Source: Campylobacterota bacterium
GTDB lineage: Bacteria > Campylobacterota > Campylobacteria > Campylobacterales > Sulfurimonadaceae
Direction: 5' to 3'
DNA length: 20,772 nucleotides
NCBI GenBank assembly: GCA_034661055.1
Contig: JAYEKO010000026.1
Coordinates: forward strand, 1 to 20,772
The notes beneath the pieces were generated by a model. It was not told where the DNA came from. It worked only from the letters and a program-made list of their open reading frames with translations, and did not search any database. Positions 15,896 through 20,772 of this stretch are shown here, piece by piece. Position 1 is the first letter of the stretch, and each line of letters opens with the position of its first letter. Made by a program: the position numbers and the translations under genes.

Positions 15896-16528
15896 ATGTT
15901 TTGGAAAAAGTTACTACTATTAGGACTTTTTTCAGCTCTTTTAACTGCAGCTTCTCCCTTTGGCTTTTCAAAAAAAGAACTTTTCGATATACATGTAAAA
16001 TATTCAAATATTTCACTCAATCGCATTAATGAATTTAACCAAAAATTAGAGCAATTTAAAACATTTTCAAAGTCTAAACAGCTTCTACATGTAAATAACT
16101 ATCTAAATACATTTTTACCGCAATATGATGCTGTTATTGACAAACAAGAGGAGCACTATAAGACTCCAAAAGAGTTTCTCTCAATCGGTTATGGAGATTG
16201 TGAAGACTATGTCATTATTAAATATTTTACTTTAGTTGAGTTGGGTTTTAATGCTAAAAAACTCTTTTTTGCACCTGTTTTAGAGAGATATAGTGGCTAT
16301 CATCATATGGTACTACTCTATTATGCAGATGTGTCAACTCCACCTTTGGTATTGGACAATTTAAGTTTTAGAATTTTACATGTAAATGAGCGAATTGATT
16401 TAAAACCCTTTGAATGCTACAATACAACTGGATATTACAAAATAGATTCAAATGGTAAAAAAGTTAAAATAAAAAAACGAAATAAGTTGTTTGAATCACT
16501 TTTAAAACGAATAAAATTAGGTCAATAA
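15896..16528 (+). CDS. Transglutaminase-like cysteine peptidase (BTLCP/LapG family, C93)
   Basis: TPKEFL...GDCEDYVIIKYF, HMVLLYY and PLVLDNL supply the Cys-His-Asp triad; signal peptide present. Confidence 0.9.
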   Translation: MFWKKLLLLGLFSALLTAASPFGFSKKELFDIHVKYSNISLNRINEFNQKLEQFKTFSKSKQLLHVNNYLNTFLPQYDAVIDKQEEHYKTPKEFLSIGYGDCEDYVIIKYFTLVELGFNAKKLFFAPVLERYSGYHHMVLLYYADVSTPPLVLDNLSFRILHVNERIDLKPFECYNTTGYYKIDSNGKKVKIKKRNKLFESLLKRIKLGQ

Positions 16529-16537
16529 GGAGTTTTT

Positions 16538-17098
16538 ATGAGAACAGTTTTAATCCCGATAGCAACAGGCTTTGAAGAGATAGAAGCCGTAAGTATCATT
16601 GATGTTTTACGCCGTGCAGAGATTACAGTCATTGTTGCTCATGTAGAAGAGAGTGAAGTAGTAACAGGTGCCAATGGAATTACCTTGGTATGTGATAGAC
16701 CTTTAAGAGGAATTACAAGTGATGACATTGACATGATAGTGCTTCCTGGAGGTTGGGGTGGTACTGACATTTTAGCAGTTGATGAGAATGTGCAGAGTCT
16801 TTTAAAAGAGATGGACTCTAAGGGTAAAAATATTGGAGCAATCTGTGCCGCACCATTTGCACTCAATACTGCCGGTGTTCTTAAGGAGAATTATACATGT
16901 TACCCATCAACTGAAGATAAAATACCAGGGAAGAATTACTTGGCAGACCAGAGTCAGGTGGTTTATGATGACAATATTATGACCTCAAGAGGACCGGGAA
17001 CTTCAATATGTTTTGCACTTCAAATTGTTAAAACCTTAGTGGGAGTTGAGATGTACAATGGACTTCGTGAAGGACTATTGGCAACATACTGTGAGTAA
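16538..17098 (+). CDS. yajL: DJ-1/PfpI family protein (YajL/ThiJ-like)
   Basis: GFEEIEA, DVLRRA, LPGGWGG, GAICAAP (catalytic Cys) and TSRGPGT; AAGGAG SD. Confidence 0.9.
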   Translation: MRTVLIPIATGFEEIEAVSIIDVLRRAEITVIVAHVEESEVVTGANGITLVCDRPLRGITSDDIDMIVLPGGWGGTDILAVDENVQSLLKEMDSKGKNIGAICAAPFALNTAGVLKENYTCYPSTEDKIPGKNYLADQSQVVYDDNIMTSRGPGTSICFALQIVKTLVGVEMYNGLREGLLATYCE

Positions 17099-17110
17099 GC
17101 ATTGCTTACT
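17094..17110. terminator. Short palindrome spanning two convergent stop codons
   Basis: AGTAAGC-att-GCTTACT contains the TAA of both convergent genes. Confidence 0.3.
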
Positions 17111-17609
17111 TACGAAGCTCTCTTTTTGTACGTTTCTCATGTTTCTCTTTATGAACTGATTTAATCCATAAGTAGTTAATAGAAAAATATAGAGTTATAG
17201 AAAAAATGACTGCATAAAAAAGTGTTCCTGTATAAAGAGGAATGAAAATATTTCCTAAATTAGATTCAAACCACTCTAGTGTCATCTCAACGTCTAGATT
17301 ATTTTCGTTCATTAAAAGCCAATTTCCTGTTAAATATTCAATGTAATATATAGGTGGCATAGTAAATGGATTTGATAACCAGCACATAAGTAGTCCAATA
17401 GGTGCATTAAAGCGAAATATTGGTAGTAAAAAGACAATAAGAAGCATCTGCATCGGCATTGGAATAAGCGCTACAAATACACCAATAGCAACAGCTCTGG
17501 AGACAGTTTTACGGTTAATAGATAAAAATTCTTTTGGGATGTTATATTTTTCAATAAGAGCATCAAGTTTACTTGATTTGCTTGTCTTTTTAAATACTCT
17601 TCTGACCAT
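17106..17609 (-). CDS. DUF2062 family membrane protein
   Basis: SINRKTVSRAVAIGVFVALIPMPMQ and WLSNPFTMPPIYY motifs. Confidence 0.85.
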   Translation of the reverse strand: MVRRVFKKTSKSSKLDALIEKYNIPKEFLSINRKTVSRAVAIGVFVALIPMPMQMLLIVFLLPIFRFNAPIGLLMCWLSNPFTMPPIYYIEYLTGNWLLMNENNLDVEMTLEWFESNLGNIFIPLYTGTLFYAVIFSITLYFSINYLWIKSVHKEKHEKRTKRELRK

Positions 17610-17633
17610 CTGGTATCTTTGTTTAATTTAATT

Positions 17634-18059
17634 CTAAAAATATACCGCTCTAAAGCTTGCAATCAGTTTAGTATTATTGAAAAGTTGCAACTTTTCACCT
17701 TGAATTTTAAAATGTGTTGCTTCTTGGATAACTTTACTAAAGCTTCGCTCAAGTTCCATAGTTTCTTGACACATCATCCGTGTCATACCTACACCAGAAA
17801 AATTGATGTTATTGTCTTGTGTTGTATAGCTTCCAAAAAAACGGTTACATCCAGTAAATCCATTGAGCTGGTTCTGTTCTTTGAGCATAAAATAGGGTTC
17901 TCGTAACTTCTCAGATCTTGTAATGACTTTTGTATCAATATCTACAAGTTTCCAGTAGGTATTTGTTAGTGTGACATCAGGCGTTACTGTCTGCTTTTCA
18001 CTAGCTGCTAAAGCATTAAATGAAAACATAATAAATAAGTATAAAAAAAACTTTTTCAT
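17634..18059 (-). CDS. META-domain (HslJ-like) periplasmic protein
   Basis: LTNTYWKLVDI, GFTGCNRFFGSY and MTRMMC...LE motifs. Signal peptide without a lipobox; AAGGA SD. Confidence 0.9.
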   Translation of the reverse strand: MKKFFLYLFIMFSFNALAASEKQTVTPDVTLTNTYWKLVDIDTKVITRSEKLREPYFMLKEQNQLNGFTGCNRFFGSYTTQDNNINFSGVGMTRMMCQETMELERSFSKVIQEATHFKIQGEKLQLFNNTKLIASFRAVYF

Positions 18060-18086
18060 AAGAGATATTCCTTAATTGTTAATAAG

Positions 18087-18119
18087 ATTGTATCTTAAAA
18101 AAGTGTACAAAAAGTGTAC
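18087..18119 (-). promoter_or_regulatory. -10 box plus perfect 11-bp tandem direct repeat upstream of the META gene
   Basis: Minus strand GTACACTTTTT x2 (18119-18098), followed by TACAAT (18092-18087). Confidence 0.55.
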
Positions 18120-18123
18120 GTTT

Positions 18124-18146
18124 AGAGCCCCTCAAAAGAGGGCTCT
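18124..18146 (-). terminator. Terminator-like hairpin after the CzcA/CusA-family gene
   Basis: AGAGCCC(C)TC-aaaa-GAGGGCTCT GC-rich stem directly after the stop codon. Confidence 0.65.
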
Positions 18147-20772
18147 TTAATTGTGATGCTTTTTCATCAGCATAAGATAGAGAATAGGTAGAATAATTAA
18201 GGTGAGTAGAGTAGAGCTAAAGAGTCCATTAATAACTACAATAGCTAAAGGACGCTGAATCTCTGAGCCAGGTCCATCAGCAAAAAGTAGAGGAAGGAGT
18301 CCTAAGGCTGCTATTGAAGCGGTCATAAGAACTGGACGCAATCGTTTGATTGAGCCTGTAATTACAGCATCTTTAAGTGCATACCCTTTAGCCAGTAAAA
18401 AGTTAAAGTAGTTCACCATTACCACTCCATTTAAAACTGCTATTCCCAGTAAGGCAATAAAACCAACTGAGGCAGGCACAGAGAGATATTCTCCACTAAA
18501 GTAGAGTCCCGCAACACCACCTATTAGTGCAAGTGGGACATTAACTAGTACTAATATGGCTTGAGAAAATGAATTAAATGATACAAAGAGTAAAATAAAT
18601 ACTAAAAATAGAGCGATGGGAACAATAAGTATTAGTTTACTTGCTGCTCGTTGTTGGTTTTCAAATTCACCGCCAAAAGAGAGCGAGTATCCAGCCGGCA
18701 GGGTGACCTTCTGTGCAATGTTCTCTTTAGCTTCTTCTACAAAACTGACTAAATCGCGTCCTGTTACATTAGACTGTACAACACTTTTTCGATAACCATT
18801 TTCATGCTCAATCTGAACCGGACCGCTACGCTGCTCAAAGGTAACAAAATTGGAGAGGGCGATGCTATTACCATCATTTAATACATACTGTAATGATGCT
18901 ATCTCATCAAGTGAGTGTTGAAGTTTTACTGCTCCTTTTACTATTAGGTCAATGCGCATCATGCCCTCTTGAACAATTCCCATAGAAGTACCGCTCACCA
19001 AAGTCTTAATATAGGTGTTGATATCGTGTTGGGTGACACCGTAGTAGCCCATACGCTCTCTATTAAACTCTAACTCAAAGTATGCAACCCCTTCATTGAC
19101 CTTTTTGTAAACGTCACTACTGCCATCAATTCCTTCTAAAACAGACTTAATTTGAGTAGCAATACGTTCAATAGTCTCATTGCTGCTTCCAAAAATGTCA
19201 ATAGCAAGATCCCCTCTAACTCCGGTAAGCATCTCAGATATACGCATTTCAATTGGCTGTGTAAACCCATATTCAACACCTGAGAGTGAATCTAATACCG
19301 TTCGAATCTCATTTAGAAGCCACTCCTTTTGGGGCTGTCGCCACTCATCTTTTGGTTTAAGTACCAAAAATGTGTCGGTATCATTGAGGCTCATAGGATC
19401 AAGTCCTAACTCATCACTTCCAGTTCGTGCAATAATTGAAGTGATTTCAGGCACACTTTTTAGTAGTTTTTTCTGAAGTTTCAAGTTTAACTCACGACTC
19501 TCATCCAGACTAATTGATGGTAGCATCTCTACCCCAATAATAATGCTTCCTTCATCCATTGTTGGCATAAAGGTTTTACCTGTCTGCATTGCTAAGTAAG
19601 TTGCAGTAAAAAAAAGAATCAGAACTGTTGCAAAGACCAATTTAACATGCTTAAAAGCAAAATGTAGCGATGGCTCATAAAGACGAAGAAGGACTTTTAT
19701 GAGAAGTGATTCTTTATCTTCACGTTTTTTTAGAATAAATGAACTTAGTACTGGAATGAGTGTTAAGGCTAAGATTAAAGAGCTAAAGAGTGCAAACACA
19801 ATACTCAAGGCGACAGGTTTAAAGAGTTTACCCTCTAGGCCTTCAAGTGTCAGCAGTGGCATAAAGACAATAATAATAATGAGTACACCGGTAATAATAC
19901 TTGGCGCCATCTCAATAGCTGCATTGTAGATAATAGTAACTTTATTGCGTGTTTTGTTTTTCTCGTCTCCTAGTTCTGCAGTAATATGTTCCACCATTAC
20001 TACAGCAGAATCAACTAAAATCCCAATAGCAATGGCTAATCCACCAAGACTCATAAGATTAGCACTTAAGTTAAAGTACTCCATAGCAATGAAACTCATT
20101 AGTAGTGCAAAAGGTAAAATCAGTGCAACGCTAAGTGCTGAGGCAAAGTTTCCTAACATCAGGAGCAGAATAATTATGATGAGAATAACCGCTTCAAGCA
20201 GTGCACTTTTCACTGTGTCTGTTGCAAGGTTAACTAGATTAGAACGGTCATAGAAAATATTAATTTTAGTACCTTTTGGTAATACTTCTTCTAGGTTTGA
20301 GAGTTCAGCTTTCACTTCATCAAGAAGCTTGGTTGTCTTAACCCCTTTTCTTCCTAGAACGAGTCCTTGAACCGCTTCATCAACACCATCTTTAGTGACA
20401 AAACCTGCACGGGTCAAATGACCATAGCTCACGGTAGCAATATCTGAAATAGTAATGTTTTTATTCTCAATTAAAGCGACAGAGATATCTTCTATATCGT
20501 CAATATTTTGAATATTTCCTACACTACGAACTAAAATACTCTCTACGCCTTGCGTAATACGTCCTGCTCCATCATTGAGATTATTTTGACTCAGGGCATC
20601 AAAAAGTTTATTAAGTGTAATGCCAAAAGATCGCATGGCATTAATATTGGGTGTGATCTGATAGGTCTTGACCATACCGCCAAGTGCATTGAGTTCAGCA
20701 ACACCATTAATAGCACGAACTTTTGGTGCAATAACCCAATCTAGTAAGGTACGTTTCTCAGTGAGCGTCAGG
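18147..20772 (-). CDS. CusA/CzcA-family heavy-metal efflux RND permease (5' end outside the window)
   Basis: The frame stays open to the window edge (LTLTEKRTLLDWVIAPKVRAINGVAELNALGG precedes the ORF-track Met). ANLMSLGGLAIAIGILVDSAVVMVE, GLEGKLFKP, FTQPIEMRISEMLTGVRGDLA, SVGFIALLGIAVLNG and RLRPVLMT motifs. Confidence 0.93.
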   Translation of the reverse strand, partial: LTLTEKRTLLDWVIAPKVRAINGVAELNALGGMVKTYQITPNINAMRSFGITLNKLFDALSQNNLNDGAGRITQGVESILVRSVGNIQNIDDIEDISVALIENKNITISDIATVSYGHLTRAGFVTKDGVDEAVQGLVLGRKGVKTTKLLDEVKAELSNLEEVLPKGTKINIFYDRSNLVNLATDTVKSALLEAVILIIIILLLMLGNFASALSVALILPFALLMSFIAMEYFNLSANLMSLGGLAIAIGILVDSAVVMVEHITAELGDEKNKTRNKVTIIYNAAIEMAPSIITGVLIIIIVFMPLLTLEGLEGKLFKPVALSIVFALFSSLILALTLIPVLSSFILKKREDKESLLIKVLLRLYEPSLHFAFKHVKLVFATVLILFFTATYLAMQTGKTFMPTMDEGSIIIGVEMLPSISLDESRELNLKLQKKLLKSVPEITSIIARTGSDELGLDPMSLNDTDTFLVLKPKDEWRQPQKEWLLNEIRTVLDSLSGVEYGFTQPIEMRISEMLTGVRGDLAIDIFGSSNETIERIATQIKSVLEGIDGSSDVYKKVNEGVAYFELEFNRERMGYYGVTQHDINTYIKTLVSGTSMGIVQEGMMRIDLIVKGAVKLQHSLDEIASLQYVLNDGNSIALSNFVTFEQRSGPVQIEHENGYRKSVVQSNVTGRDLVSFVEEAKENIAQKVTLPAGYSLSFGGEFENQQRAASKLILIVPIALFLVFILLFVSFNSFSQAILVLVNVPLALIGGVAGLYFSGEYLSVPASVGFIALLGIAVLNGVVMVNYFNFLLAKGYALKDAVITGSIKRLRPVLMTASIAALGLLPLLFADGPGSEIQRPLAIVVINGLFSSTLLTLIILPILYLMLMKKHHN

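Noticed and set aside
20673..20675. ATG 20675 as the start of the CzcA/CusA-family gene
   Set aside because: The frame is open and homologous up to the window edge, so the true start lies outside the window.
739..20744. Short ORFs antisense to or nested in long genes (e.g. 739-927, 1852-2372, 3522-4295, 9164-9505, 17619-17906, 19180-20744)
   Set aside because: Shadow ORFs of well-supported genes with no recognisable motifs.
1..20772. tRNA/rRNA genes, transposases, integrases, phage or defence genes
   Set aside because: No cloverleaf, rRNA-like segment or such protein motifs were recognised.

Overview
AT-rich chromosomal window, most likely from a Campylobacterota chemolithotroph (Sulfurimonas-like). 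This assignment is inferred from the EF-P sequence style, the TAnAAT promoters and the gene content. Positions ~344-15252 form a cell-envelope cluster. It contains a TolC - periplasmic adaptor - split two-gene RND permease operon, a second paralogous adaptor, two paralogous class II (c'/c556-like) monoheme cytochromes, an OmpP1/FadL outer-membrane channel, a secreted multi-DUF302-like protein, a secreted 7-blade beta-propeller, a secreted protein made of ~22 uninterrupted 11-residue repeats, and an acidic secreted hypothetical protein. Two copies of a GTCATTGCGAG-type palindromic repeat bracket the hypothetical+FadL block. The right-hand part is more ordinary: efp, a LapG-like cysteine peptidase, DJ-1/YajL, DUF2062, a META-domain protein and a 5'-truncated CzcA/CusA-family pump. 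The best candidate for an undescribed system is the envelope cluster, which may traffic a hydrophobic or redox-active substrate (hypothesis: elemental sulfur/polysulfide). That function is inference; no sox or other sulfur enzyme gene is in the window. All family calls are by motif recognition, not database search.
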